Source: an uncultured Aureispira sp.
GTDB lineage: Bacteria > Bacteroidota > Bacteroidia > Chitinophagales > Saprospiraceae
Direction of reading: 5' to 3'
Assembly (NCBI GenBank): GCA_964526715.1
Contig: CAZGMB010000024.1
Location: forward strand, 6,324-70,323
DNA: 64,000 nucleotides
The notes beneath the pieces were generated by a model that was given only the letters and a program-made list of their open reading frames with translations, had not been told where the DNA came from and searched no databases. Below are positions 10,272 to 19,743 of this stretch, piece after piece (the first letter of the stretch is position 1; every line of letters begins with the position of its first letter). Position numbers and translations under genes: made by a program.

Positions 10272-12050
10272 TTGAAAAACTTATTCACACTCAATAGATA
10301 TTTTATCAAATACAAATGGCACTTGCTACTGGGCATTTTGTTTGTAAGTGCGGCCAATTATTTCTCTATACTCATACCCCAAAAAGTTAGAGAAGCTTTA
10401 GACTTTGTACATGACAAAATCAAAGGATACAAAGAGCTTTCAGACGTCCAAAGTGCCGAATTCTACGCTGAATTAGGTCATGATTTATTGATATTTGGAT
10501 TGATCGTTTCTGGTTTTGCGATCATCAAAGGTATTATGATGTATTACATGAGGCAAACCATCATAGTGATGTCCAGATATATTGAGTATGATATGCGCAA
10601 AGAAGTTTTCGGACATATACAAACCTTGGACCAATCCTATATGCGCACCCACCAAACTGGAGATATCATGGCTCGTATTTCAGAAGATGTATCTAAAGTA
10701 CGAGAGTACCTAGGACCTGGAGTATTATATGGTATCAACCTCATCACACTGTTTGCGATGACCATTTATGCTATGGTAAAAGTAGACCTTACTTTGACCT
10801 TATTTGCCTTGGCACCATTACCTATTTTGTCTATTTCCATCTATTATGTAAGTAATCTCATCAATAAAAAGAGCCTCAGTATTAAACAACAATTGTCAAA
10901 ACTCACGAGTACTGCTCAAGAAACCTATTCTGGCATCCGTGTGGTCAAATCATATGTGAAGGAAGATCCTTTTGCAGAGTATTTTTCTAAAGAAAGTGAT
11001 GAATTCAGGACTAGATCGTTGGCCCTTGCTAAAGTAGAAGCCTATTTTCAACCATTGATGGCCTTGTTAATTTCTTTAAGTACACTTTTTGTAGTATTGG
11101 TTGGTGGGTATCAATATTTTGACGGTAAACTTTCCGCAGGAACTATTGCTGAGTTTATATTATATGTCAATATGCTGACGTGGCCTGTCACGGCTATTGG
11201 CTGGATTGCATCCATCATACAGGAAGCTGAAGCATCGCAATCTCGTCTCAATCAATTGTTGCATGAAAAATCTAATATTGTAAACCAAAATGACCAGGTT
11301 TATCCCATATCAGGCGATATAGAATTTAAAAATGTGACCTTCATATATCCTAATACAGGAGTCAAAGCACTCGACCATGTCAGTTTTAAAATATCCAAAG
11401 GTCAGCGTATAGCGATCATGGGCAGAACAGCTTCCGGAAAATCTACCATTGGTGAGCTGATGACTCGAATGTTTGATGTCACTGAAGGACAAATATTGAT
11501 TGATGGCATGGATATCAAGGAACATAACCTAAAATTGATCAGAGAACGGATTGCTTATGTACCACAAGACGTCTTCCTTTTTTCAGATACTATTGAGTCC
11601 AACATTGGCTTTGGTGTGGAAAATGCTCACATTGACGAAATTAAAAAATATGCGGAGTATGCTTCCATCAAAAATGAAATAGAAAGTCTTCCTGCTCAAT
11701 TTAATACCACTGTAGGTGAGCGAGGAGTAACCCTATCCGGTGGTCAAAAACAACGTATCTCCATAGCAAGAGCGTTTATTAAAAAGCCGGATATGGTAAT
11801 CCTAGATGATGCCCTTTCTGCTGTAGATACTAATACGGAACAGCAAATCCTGAGTTTTTTGGATGAAGAGTTGATCCATAAAACAGCCATCATCATCACC
11901 CATAGGGCCAATAATCTATTGAATTACGATAAAATTATTATCTTAGATGATGGTCGCATAGCCGAAGAAGGAACACATCAAGAATTAATCAGAAATGAAG
12001 GGTTTTATGCTAGCATTTATCAACAGCAAATGATGCAACATGCTGTATAG
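10272..12050 (+). CDS. ABC exporter, fused transmembrane and ATP-binding protein (MsbA/multidrug-exporter type)
   Basis: N-terminal six-TM-type region, then Walker A GRTASGKST, signature LSGGQKQR and Walker B MVILDDALS. TTG start; there is no upstream in-frame ATG. Confidence 0.9.
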   Translation: MKNLFTLNRYFIKYKWHLLLGILFVSAANYFSILIPQKVREALDFVHDKIKGYKELSDVQSAEFYAELGHDLLIFGLIVSGFAIIKGIMMYYMRQTIIVMSRYIEYDMRKEVFGHIQTLDQSYMRTHQTGDIMARISEDVSKVREYLGPGVLYGINLITLFAMTIYAMVKVDLTLTLFALAPLPILSISIYYVSNLINKKSLSIKQQLSKLTSTAQETYSGIRVVKSYVKEDPFAEYFSKESDEFRTRSLALAKVEAYFQPLMALLISLSTLFVVLVGGYQYFDGKLSAGTIAEFILYVNMLTWPVTAIGWIASIIQEAEASQSRLNQLLHEKSNIVNQNDQVYPISGDIEFKNVTFIYPNTGVKALDHVSFKISKGQRIAIMGRTASGKSTIGELMTRMFDVTEGQILIDGMDIKEHNLKLIRERIAYVPQDVFLFSDTIESNIGFGVENAHIDEIKKYAEYASIKNEIESLPAQFNTTVGERGVTLSGGQKQRISIARAFIKKPDMVILDDALSAVDTNTEQQILSFLDEELIHKTAIIITHRANNLLNYDKIIILDDGRIAEEGTHQELIRNEGFYASIYQQQMMQHAV

Positions 12051-12072
12051 ATAAAATTTACTATTGAAAATG

Positions 12073-12103
12073 TTTGGATGATTAAAACTAATTAATATAT
12101 TTG
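12073..12103 (+). promoter_or_regulatory. Candidate Bacteroidota sigma-A promoter (-33 TTTG, then 19 nt, then -7 TATATTTG)
   Basis: TTTG at 12073-12076 and TATATTTG at 12096-12103, 33 nt upstream of the GTG start at 12136. Confidence 0.4.
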
Positions 12104-12135
12104 TCCTGATTATTCATTTTTAAAAATTTAGACTC

Positions 12136-12489
12136 GTGGAATACGAAGACAGAGGCAAGTTTGACAGTGTTTATACCGCAAAGGTGAAGGCAGGCAAAAG
12201 AAGAACTTATTTTTTTGATGTAAAAAAGACCAAAGGTGACGATTATTACATCAGTTTGACAGAAAGCACCAAAAAATTCAATAGTGATGGTTATGAGCGC
12301 CACAAAATACTATTGTACAAAGAAGATTTCAATAGGTTCCTAGCCCAACTTCAAGAAACTATTGACCATGTCAAAAAAGATTTAATGCCTGATTTTGATT
12401 ACGAACAATTTGAAAAAAGACAAGCTGAATGGGAAGCATCCCAAACTGATGATACCAGAAAAAGAGATGTAGATGACGTTGATTGGTAA
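12136..12489 (+). CDS. PUR-alpha-like ssDNA/RNA-binding protein (DUF3276 family)
   Basis: KRRTYFFDVKKTKGDDYYISLTESTKKF and HKILLYKEDFNRF match the conserved core of the Bacteroidota PUR-like family as I recall it. GTG start. Confidence 0.65.
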   Translation: MEYEDRGKFDSVYTAKVKAGKRRTYFFDVKKTKGDDYYISLTESTKKFNSDGYERHKILLYKEDFNRFLAQLQETIDHVKKDLMPDFDYEQFEKRQAEWEASQTDDTRKRDVDDVDW

Positions 12490-12557
12490 GTCATAATTTT
12501 TTGACTATTTATGTCCTTACTTTGGGAATATTATTACTCATGCAATATAATACATAG

Positions 12558-13256
12558 ATGCATATATTATTGGTTTTTGCCACCGCTACTGAATGTGAGG
12601 GATTTCAAAGCACACTAGAAAAAAATGCTACTTTTGATGAAGAAAATGCCTTTTATTCTTTTAAAAATCTAACCCTAGAGTTTTTTGTTTCAGGTGTAGG
12701 AATGACGACTACATGTTATACACTGACTAAAAAAATAATGGCTTCAGACTACGATCTTATTATTAATGCTGGAATAGCAGGTGCATTTGATCGTAAAGTT
12801 TCACTCGGCTCTGTGTTTTTGGTATCCAAAGACAGGTTTGCGGACTTAGGAGTGGAAGATGCTCAAGGCATATTTTCAGACGTATATGAAACAGGTTTGG
12901 TTTTAGGCAATAATTTTCCATTTCGAGATGGTTGGATGCAGGCAGATTTTGGCATTTTATCTTTTGATCTGTATGACCATGCCATAGCAATAACAGTCAA
13001 TAAAGTAACTGGAAGTGCCACATCTATACAAAGCATCAGAACAAAATATCAGCCTGATATAGAAAGTATGGAAGGTGCTGCCTGTTTTTACGTTGCCAAA
13101 ATGAATCATATTCCATGTTTGCAGCTTAGGTCTATTTCTAATCATGTAGAGCCAAGAGATAAGTCTAAATGGAATATTCCACTCGCTTTAAAGCATTTGG
13201 AAGATGCTTGCTTCCATATTTTGGAATACATTAGCAAGCAAATACAAATTCCTTAG
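12558..13256 (+). CDS. mqnB: Futalosine hydrolase-like nucleosidase (PNP_UDP_1 fold, MqnB-like)
   Basis: ILLVFATATE N-terminus, INAGIAGAF, SMEGAA and LRSISNHVEPRDKSKW motifs, typical of MTA/futalosine nucleosidases. Confidence 0.55.
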   Translation: MHILLVFATATECEGFQSTLEKNATFDEENAFYSFKNLTLEFFVSGVGMTTTCYTLTKKIMASDYDLIINAGIAGAFDRKVSLGSVFLVSKDRFADLGVEDAQGIFSDVYETGLVLGNNFPFRDGWMQADFGILSFDLYDHAIAITVNKVTGSATSIQSIRTKYQPDIESMEGAACFYVAKMNHIPCLQLRSISNHVEPRDKSKWNIPLALKHLEDACFHILEYISKQIQIP

Positions 13257-13261
13257 GCAAA

Positions 13262-14353
13262 CTACTTTTTATCAGTAATACGTTTTTTGTTATTTTGATA
13301 GCTGATCATCAGCCTGGTGATGTCATTATAACTTGCTAAGCCGTCTTCAATCCCATGTAACTTAAGATAGAAATCATAGATCAAATCTCTTACCCAAGGA
13401 AAAATATCCGGATACTTTTGGCTATCATAGCGTATGTTTTGTAGATCCTTAACCACATGGTGATGAAGTAATGAATAACACTTTTGTGCGACGTCAGGAT
13501 ATCTGCTATTGACATCATAAAATAAATATCTCCAATATGAAATCCATCCTGAGTATTGTAAGTAGGTATTATTTGATGTTGCACAGCTGAGCAATCCTAT
13601 GAAATTGCATTCTCCTTCATCTGTAAACCCATAACCATGTGCCATTTCGTGAGCTATGGTAAAAGGCCACTGCAATGGATTTAAACCCGGATCTACATGA
13701 CCCTCAAAAGAAAACGGATTGTAAAATCCGGCTGTAGCTATCCGGAGCAAACTTCCTTTTGGGTACAATGGTCTGATCCTTACCTTACCTGGAGTGGGAT
13801 ATTCCCATTGTTGTAGTAATTTGGTTTGAGATAGTCGTACTTCATTTTCGATAATTGTCCATGACAGCTGCTGATCTGATATAGTACTATCAGCATTTTG
13901 ATATGCATTGAGACGTTGCGTAATATCAAGTAATTCCTGAACTAATACCGTAGAATCTATGTCGACTTCGTTCCATTGTTGGGTTTCTAAAAGACCACTT
14001 CGGTGATAATTATAACCCCAAAAGAGATAAAACAAACCTACCAATAATAAAACTATATTTACTGTTTTGGCGATAATCAATTTAATGGCAGCCTTCCAAC
14101 CGTATTGAAGTTTGTGAAAATAGGCCTTTCTCCACCATAAGTAACTTACGCAAACTAACCCGATTAAAAGCAAATAGATAGTTGCAAAAGGTACTTTTCC
14201 CAAAGTAAAATCATATATATTTCTGATCACAGCAAAAAGGCTACTATAGATCTTGTGAAATCCTTTAGGTGATACCATTGATGCTATCCCATGGACTATA
14301 ATCACCAAAACAAAAAAGGTGATTCCATAATATTTCCTTACAAAATGGATCAA
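13262..14353 (-). CDS. Membrane zinc metallopeptidase-like protein (DUF3810-like)
   Basis: Three or four N-terminal TM segments, an HEMAH zinc motif (HExxH) and a downstream TDEGECNFIG, resembling the EDEANF motif of DUF3810. Confidence 0.6.
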   Translation of the reverse strand: MIHFVRKYYGITFFVLVIIVHGIASMVSPKGFHKIYSSLFAVIRNIYDFTLGKVPFATIYLLLIGLVCVSYLWWRKAYFHKLQYGWKAAIKLIIAKTVNIVLLLVGLFYLFWGYNYHRSGLLETQQWNEVDIDSTVLVQELLDITQRLNAYQNADSTISDQQLSWTIIENEVRLSQTKLLQQWEYPTPGKVRIRPLYPKGSLLRIATAGFYNPFSFEGHVDPGLNPLQWPFTIAHEMAHGYGFTDEGECNFIGLLSCATSNNTYLQYSGWISYWRYLFYDVNSRYPDVAQKCYSLLHHHVVKDLQNIRYDSQKYPDIFPWVRDLIYDFYLKLHGIEDGLASYNDITRLMISYQNNKKRITDKK

Positions 14354-14467
14354 GGGAGTAAAATTACTTTTAATCTATAAGACTCGTTATCATTTTGTGT
14401 TTTTCCCAAATCAATTGTCTTGGTTACTATTTTTACCTCTATCATTTAAAACAGGCTCCCAATACGG

Positions 14468-15007
14468 TTATTTAAAATCTGCAAAAAAGTTTCTCAGCTC
14501 TAAGGCATTTTCTGGTTTCAATTTGCCGGCAAGTATAAGCCTCAACTCTCTCCTTCTAGACGCCACTTCAAATTGTTTTTTCTCTTCATTGGTAATAGGA
14601 ATAACGGGAGGCACTTTTACAGGTTTTCCTGTTGCCGAGTCTATAGCCACAAAAGTAAAGTACGCGTGATTGGATTGTCTGGGATTTGCACCGGTAATAT
14701 CAGATGCAGAAACTTCCACATAAATTTCTACCGAAGTATTAAACGCTCTAGTGACCTGAGCATTTAACGTGATGACATCCCCTAATTTTATGGGTTCGTG
14801 AAATGAAATATGGTCAACCGATGCTGTTGCCACTTGAGACTCGCAATGTCTCGCTGCACACACTGCACAAGCAATATCCATCCATCTCATAAGGTAGCCA
14901 CCCATAAGATTGCCCATGGGGTTAGTATCGTTTGGCATAATCATTTCTGTCATTATAGTTTTCGAATAAGCCACCAGTTTTCCTTCTTTATGTTGTTCTT
15001 GCATCAT
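14468..15007 (-). CDS. Acyl-CoA thioesterase (hotdog fold, YciA/acyl-CoA hydrolase type)
   Basis: MPNDTNPMGNLMGGYLMRWMDIA is a typical N-terminal signature of this family. Confidence 0.8.
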   Translation of the reverse strand: MMQEQHKEGKLVAYSKTIMTEMIMPNDTNPMGNLMGGYLMRWMDIACAVCAARHCESQVATASVDHISFHEPIKLGDVITLNAQVTRAFNTSVEIYVEVSASDITGANPRQSNHAYFTFVAIDSATGKPVKVPPVIPITNEEKKQFEVASRRRELRLILAGKLKPENALELRNFFADFK

Positions 15008-15038
15008 ACGATGATATATTTTTTGTATAAATAACTAT

Positions 15039-15761
15039 TTAATATAACAATTTAAAACCAAAGAGTTCACTCATGATGATGGCTAACTCCTCACCTACTG
15101 TTTCTAGGTGGTGAGTTTGACCTGTTTCTTTAGCCAGTGATGTCACCGTTTTGTTTTCATCCACAATACCACAAGGAACTATTTTATCAAAATAAGTTAA
15201 ATCAGTATTTACGTTGAATGCAAAACCATGCATACTGACCCACCTAGACATATGTACTCCTATGGCGCATATTTTTCTGTATTGTAAATTTGAATCATCG
15301 GGTTCTAGCCATACTCCCGTATAATCAGGAATTCTGATCCCTTTTAATCCATATTTCCCCAATAGCAAGATTATTGATTCTTCCAGGTATCTCACATATC
15401 GATGTACATCTGTAAAAAAATAGTCTAGATCCAAAATTGGGTAACCTGTGATTTGCCCGGGTCCGTGATAAGTGATGTCACCACCTCGATTAATTTTGAA
15501 AAATTCAATATTTCCTCCAGTGAGTTCATCTTCTGACAATAACAAATGATCCATACTACCACTTTTACCTAAGGTGAAGACTGGATTGTGCTCACAAAAT
15601 ATCATTTGATGTATAGTTTCTTCTACACCTGCTTCTGGGTTTCTCCTTTCCCCTAGTTTTTTGTCCACCAAAGCCTTATGAAAACCAGTTTGTATGTCCC
15701 AAACTTCTTGATAAGTATGATTTTTGATCCATTGAAAGTTTACCTTAGGAATATTTATCAT
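15039..15761 (-). CDS. lipB: Lipoyl(octanoyl) transferase
   Basis: EHNPVFTLGKSG, RGGDITYHGPGQ and KICAIGV motifs. 240 aa. Confidence 0.9.
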   Translation of the reverse strand: MINIPKVNFQWIKNHTYQEVWDIQTGFHKALVDKKLGERRNPEAGVEETIHQMIFCEHNPVFTLGKSGSMDHLLLSEDELTGGNIEFFKINRGGDITYHGPGQITGYPILDLDYFFTDVHRYVRYLEESIILLLGKYGLKGIRIPDYTGVWLEPDDSNLQYRKICAIGVHMSRWVSMHGFAFNVNTDLTYFDKIVPCGIVDENKTVTSLAKETGQTHHLETVGEELAIIMSELFGFKLLY

Positions 15762-16034
15762 GCAAAAATAAAATTATACCAATATAATCCATTTTCTAAG
15801 TGTTTTGTTTTCGTTTTCTTTGTTGCACTCAAAGGTTGGGTATTAAAAATGGATTAAAGACGATTAAAAAGACCTAATTGATATTTGCAGTCATATGGTA
15901 TTTGCATGTTATCAATATTTGCATATAATTATTTATGAACCAATCTATTACAATATGCTGCTATTTTTTTCTTCAAATTTCTTGGATAAAGACAAAAAAT
16001 AATATTACCTTAGTGTCCATAAAATCAAATAGTC

Positions 16035-16178
16035 ATGTCAAAGTATAAAGTAAAAGCTTCTCCCAAAAAGGATGTTTTGTCTTCACAAGACGCCAAAGAA
16101 GAAAAACAATTTTTCAGAATAGCCATTATTGTTACTATTGTAGTTATTGTATTGATATACGCATTTTACAATCTGTAA
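16035..16178 (+). CDS. Possible 47-aa single-pass membrane peptide (below the ORF-track size cutoff)
   Basis: ATG at 16035. Sequence is MSKYKVKASPKKDVLSSQDAKEEKQFFRIAIIVTIVVIVLIYAFYNL: a charged N-terminus, then one hydrophobic helix. A hairpin terminator follows. Confidence 0.35.
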   Translation: MSKYKVKASPKKDVLSSQDAKEEKQFFRIAIIVTIVVIVLIYAFYNL

Positions 16179-16229
16179 GATAGTGCACATAGATTACCCA
16201 TAGGTAATATTTATGTTTTTCTAATCATG

Positions 16230-16285
16230 AAGCAATTATCATCACCAAGCATCACTTGTTCTTGTAATGATAATTGCTTTTTTTA
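16230..16285 (+). terminator. Long-stem hairpin with a T-run
   Basis: AAGCAATTATCAT (16230-16242) pairs with ATGATAATTGCTT (16267-16279), followed by a T-run to 16285. Confidence 0.6.
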
Positions 16286-16354
16286 TGGTATCAGATTTTT
16301 GAACTTTTAATCAAAAATAGAGTGTTTTAATGCATCAATGTTTGTAATGTTTTA

Positions 16355-17467
16355 TTACCATTGGGGGCAAAAGTTATCTTCATTGTGGTGTTCGCCAATG
16401 TAGATTATAGAAAACTCAAAAGATGACAGTGAACTCCTGTCTTTTACTAAGCTATTGATGTTTTGGTCATAGCTAAATCCAAGGATAAAATTGTTGTACT
16501 CAAATCCTGCCATGGCTATAATGGATTCCAATCCAAAGTTATTATAATTTTTTACACCTCGTATATAAGGCCCCAATAGTAGGTACTGTCCAGATGTTTT
16601 AGCTATTTTATATCTGAAAGTAGCCCCTAGGTTTATTTGAGAATGTGGGCCTTGAATGAGTGTATTAACCCGAGGTTGTATGTAAAGCCTATCTGCAGTC
16701 TTTATAGAAGCACCGGTGTGAAAACTCCATTTTGCAAACAATGTATCTGTTTTGAGTAAGTCAGGGTCTACGATATCCGGTGAGTTAAAAAAAGAAATAT
16801 TGGGTTGATTAAAATGAAAATAACCAATTCCTGCATGAAAGTTGAATGCTTTACTTGGGGTAATGCTATAATATAAACCCAAACTCATGTCAACAAATGC
16901 TTTATTGTTTACGGGAAGATTTTCTCCTGTGCCTAAGGTATAACCATTGATAGAGTTAAATTGATCTTGGAAGGTTATATCTTCATAGTTGACTGACTTT
17001 TGAAAGACACCACCCTGAAAACCGATACCCAAATATTGTTTACTTTTCCTGTCTAATGCTTTGTGATATGCTCCTGTTAATACGATTTGATTGGTATTGA
17101 AGTCAAAGGTGTTTACCCGATCTCCAAAAAATGTTATACCTAAAGCAACATGGTCAGGAATGTGTTTTTTGCCTAAATGTACATCAAACCTTACATCTCC
17201 GCTTGCAGAAAAAGTAGTCAAAGGACGATCTACTACAGATCTCCATTGATCTCTATATATGGTAGAAATACGAAATGTCCCTTTATAGGTACCCGCAATG
17301 GCAGGATTTAAAGTCAGTGGTGATGCATAAAACTGAGAAAAATGAGCATCTTGTGAAGTTAGCTTGCCTATAATGATCAAAACCAGCAAAAATGCCCCTA
17401 AGTTTCTAAATACTAATTTAATGCTCATTAAAGATATATTTAATATGAAATTGAAAATAATTTTCAA
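16355..17467 (-). CDS. PorP/SprF-family type IX secretion system outer-membrane protein
   Basis: SQDAHFSQFYASPLTLNPAIAGTYKGTFRISTIYRDQW matches the PorP/SprF N-terminal signature, and the remainder is beta-barrel-like. The true start may be the internal Met at about 17428 (MSIKLVF...). Confidence 0.85.
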   Translation of the reverse strand: MKIIFNFILNISLMSIKLVFRNLGAFLLVLIIIGKLTSQDAHFSQFYASPLTLNPAIAGTYKGTFRISTIYRDQWRSVVDRPLTTFSASGDVRFDVHLGKKHIPDHVALGITFFGDRVNTFDFNTNQIVLTGAYHKALDRKSKQYLGIGFQGGVFQKSVNYEDITFQDQFNSINGYTLGTGENLPVNNKAFVDMSLGLYYSITPSKAFNFHAGIGYFHFNQPNISFFNSPDIVDPDLLKTDTLFAKWSFHTGASIKTADRLYIQPRVNTLIQGPHSQINLGATFRYKIAKTSGQYLLLGPYIRGVKNYNNFGLESIIAMAGFEYNNFILGFSYDQNINSLVKDRSSLSSFEFSIIYIGEHHNEDNFCPQW

Positions 17468-17575
17468 TGTGGATAAAGTTTTGCAAAAATACTAAAAAGT
17501 ACCATATGAAATTAATAATGGACTGATTTTTGGAGTTGTAATATTAATAATAACGCAATACGATAAAAAATAGTA

Positions 17576-18397
17576 TTGAACCATCGCATGTCGAAGAAAA
17601 AAAAGATTGACACAAAACATTTATTTCATGGTGTTTGCCATCTGAATATCATCCCGGTGTTCCTAAAACCCGTAGATGAAAGTCTTATGGCTAGTCAAAT
17701 GCTTTTTGGAGAAACGTGTGTCATTTTAGAGAAAAAAAACAAGCACTGGTTTAAGGTCATCACTACTAAATGTAATGTGCAGGGATGGATTAAATCTTCT
17801 CAAATTTTTTTGACAGAAGAAGCGATATATCAAAAATTAAGTAATCAACCTGCAACAACCCTTGAAGTGTGTCACCCTATCTTCAACGATGATGTTACCA
17901 AAAATATCATCATTGGCTCTTCCCTACCCTGTTTTGATGGCATATCATGTACTATGCCCGATGGGAAGTATATTTACAATGGTCAAGCCATACAAGACGA
18001 AGGACTTGATTTCTCTTCAGAATTATTTGTAAAGATAGCTAGACGATACCTTTACAGTCCTGAATTAAGTGGAGGCAGGTCTCCGTTTGGCATAGATAGT
18101 GGTGCTTTAATCCAACTTATCTTTGGCTTTTTTAATGTTAGTCTGCCGAGGTTTCCTCATGAGCAATTCTTAATGGGAGAAATCATTGATTTTGCAGAGT
18201 TAGCCAAAGAAGGAGATATTGCTTTTTGTGAAGATCAGGACGGACACATTCACCATGCTGGTATCATCTTAGGTGATAAAAAAGTGATGCATGTTTATGG
18301 ATGCGTAAGAATAGATAAAATTGATCATCATGGGTTTTACAATCATGACTTAAGGAAATATACCCACAAACTTAGGATTATTAAAAGAGTTATTTAA
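17576..18397 (+). CDS. SH3b plus NlpC/P60 (C40) cell-wall peptidase homologue with Ser in place of the nucleophile Cys
   Basis: N-terminal SH3b-like region (GWIKSSQI). The C40 core GGRSPFGIDSGALIQ aligns with the canonical GGxxxxGxDCSG, and the His motif is HHAGIIL. The likely start is the ATG at 17588. Confidence 0.75.
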   Translation: MNHRMSKKKKIDTKHLFHGVCHLNIIPVFLKPVDESLMASQMLFGETCVILEKKNKHWFKVITTKCNVQGWIKSSQIFLTEEAIYQKLSNQPATTLEVCHPIFNDDVTKNIIIGSSLPCFDGISCTMPDGKYIYNGQAIQDEGLDFSSELFVKIARRYLYSPELSGGRSPFGIDSGALIQLIFGFFNVSLPRFPHEQFLMGEIIDFAELAKEGDIAFCEDQDGHIHHAGIILGDKKVMHVYGCVRIDKIDHHGFYNHDLRKYTHKLRIIKRVI

Positions 18398-18428
18398 TAC
18401 TGAAAAAACCAAATTCACCAAACTCACT

Positions 18429-19532
18429 TTACAGTTTACTGTGATTCAGAATCAAATCTAGATCGACATTGTTTTCAATCAAGTCAATGGCCATATTTAT
18501 TTTCCAAGGAGTGCTGCGATTGATTTTTACTTCTATTTTACTGATTCTTAATACAGCACCATAAGTATCTAATTCGGTTCTGATTAGAGGTAAGTTATTC
18601 TTTTCGATATACTTAATAGTATGTTTGTCCATTTGACCTTCGCCCGTGGCTACAATACCCGAAAGCGGACAGTTTGATATGCCATGATTGTGCGCCATAA
18701 TTTCTATTTTCTTTATGGCTTCATTAATAGATCTTGTTGCCACAACCAAAAGTAAGTCCTGAGAACTTTTGAGTTCTTTTAAATCTATCAATGAGCCGGC
18801 TATGATACTTTCCACTTTGTTATCTACAAAATCTGCATTGTAAGTCACCACACCTTTGACCGCTTCAGAAACGGTCCTGATAAGTGGATAAGCTAAGGTT
18901 TTTTCATATGGCATAATACCCAATAAAGGCAAATTTTTCTTTTCTAGCCATTTCCCCACATAATGTTTTACTTTTTCAGCTTTTTCGGGCAATACTTTAT
19001 TGATGATTACACCGATCATAGGTACCTCTTCTTCTCTAAATAATGCAGTGGTCATGTTGAGCATATCGATTGTGCTGCCTATGCCACCTTCTACGATCAT
19101 GACTACTCCTGCATCTAATATTTTAGCCACTTTTGCATTAGAAACGTTAGCTACACTTCCTACTCCGGGGTGACCTGTCCCTTCATATATCACGATATCA
19201 TTGTTAAGGCCCAATGATTTTTCAGCTTTGTATAATATGCTATGCAGATCATAAGCATCAGGTGAATCCAGATATTTTTCAGTGGCTCCTGGACCTAAAA
19301 TAACAGGGCTATGGAGTTCAGGGATGATTTCAAAATTAATAAGATCAGCAAATAAAATGGTATCCTTATCCACTCTAAGGTGTTGGATATCCAAAAATTT
19401 TTGCCCTACAGGTTTACAATATCCTACTTTGAGACCTTTTTTCATGTATGCAGATACCAAACCCAGAGTAGACGTGGTTTTTCCGACATGCTGACTTGTA
19501 GCAGCCACAAAAATATTTTTATACTTTTTCAT
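18429..19532 (-). CDS. BioD-like P-loop / DRTGG-domain protein (homologue of the phosphotransacetylase N-terminal domain)
   Basis: IFVAATSQHVGKTTSTLGL P-loop and CKPVGQ motif. The ~367-aa length matches stand-alone Pta-N-type proteins. Confidence 0.65.
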   Translation of the reverse strand: MKKYKNIFVAATSQHVGKTTSTLGLVSAYMKKGLKVGYCKPVGQKFLDIQHLRVDKDTILFADLINFEIIPELHSPVILGPGATEKYLDSPDAYDLHSILYKAEKSLGLNNDIVIYEGTGHPGVGSVANVSNAKVAKILDAGVVMIVEGGIGSTIDMLNMTTALFREEEVPMIGVIINKVLPEKAEKVKHYVGKWLEKKNLPLLGIMPYEKTLAYPLIRTVSEAVKGVVTYNADFVDNKVESIIAGSLIDLKELKSSQDLLLVVATRSINEAIKKIEIMAHNHGISNCPLSGIVATGEGQMDKHTIKYIEKNNLPLIRTELDTYGAVLRISKIEVKINRSTPWKINMAIDLIENNVDLDLILNHSKL

Positions 19533-19685
19533 ATCTTTTGATATTTGCTATGAGTGGACAAGATAAAGAATTAACAAACCTATTTAACTTTTCAAATCAA
19601 ATATATTTTTGGAGATGGACTTCCTGATCAATGTGAAATATAAAGAATTTACAGCACCAAATAGTAGAATTACAAATATGTCCAT

Positions 19686-19721
19686 AAAAAAAGGCCTGCC
19701 ATTTTAAAAACGACAGGCCTT
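19686..19721 (-). terminator. Rho-independent terminator of the giant adhesin gene
   Basis: On the minus strand, AAGGCCTG pairs with CAGGCCTT (plus-strand coordinates 19714-19721 and 19691-19698). A U-run follows (plus-strand A-run 19686-19692). It sits 23 nt past the stop codon. Confidence 0.65.
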
Positions 19722-19743
19722 CTAATTTTATTGAAAATAACTA

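Noticed and set aside
15880-15925. Three copies of TATTTGCA upstream of the small ORF, as possible Bacteroidota -7 boxes
   Set aside because: They do not fit TAnnTTTG because the two spacer nucleotides are missing. Their spacing is irregular, and in AT-rich DNA they are probably chance occurrences.
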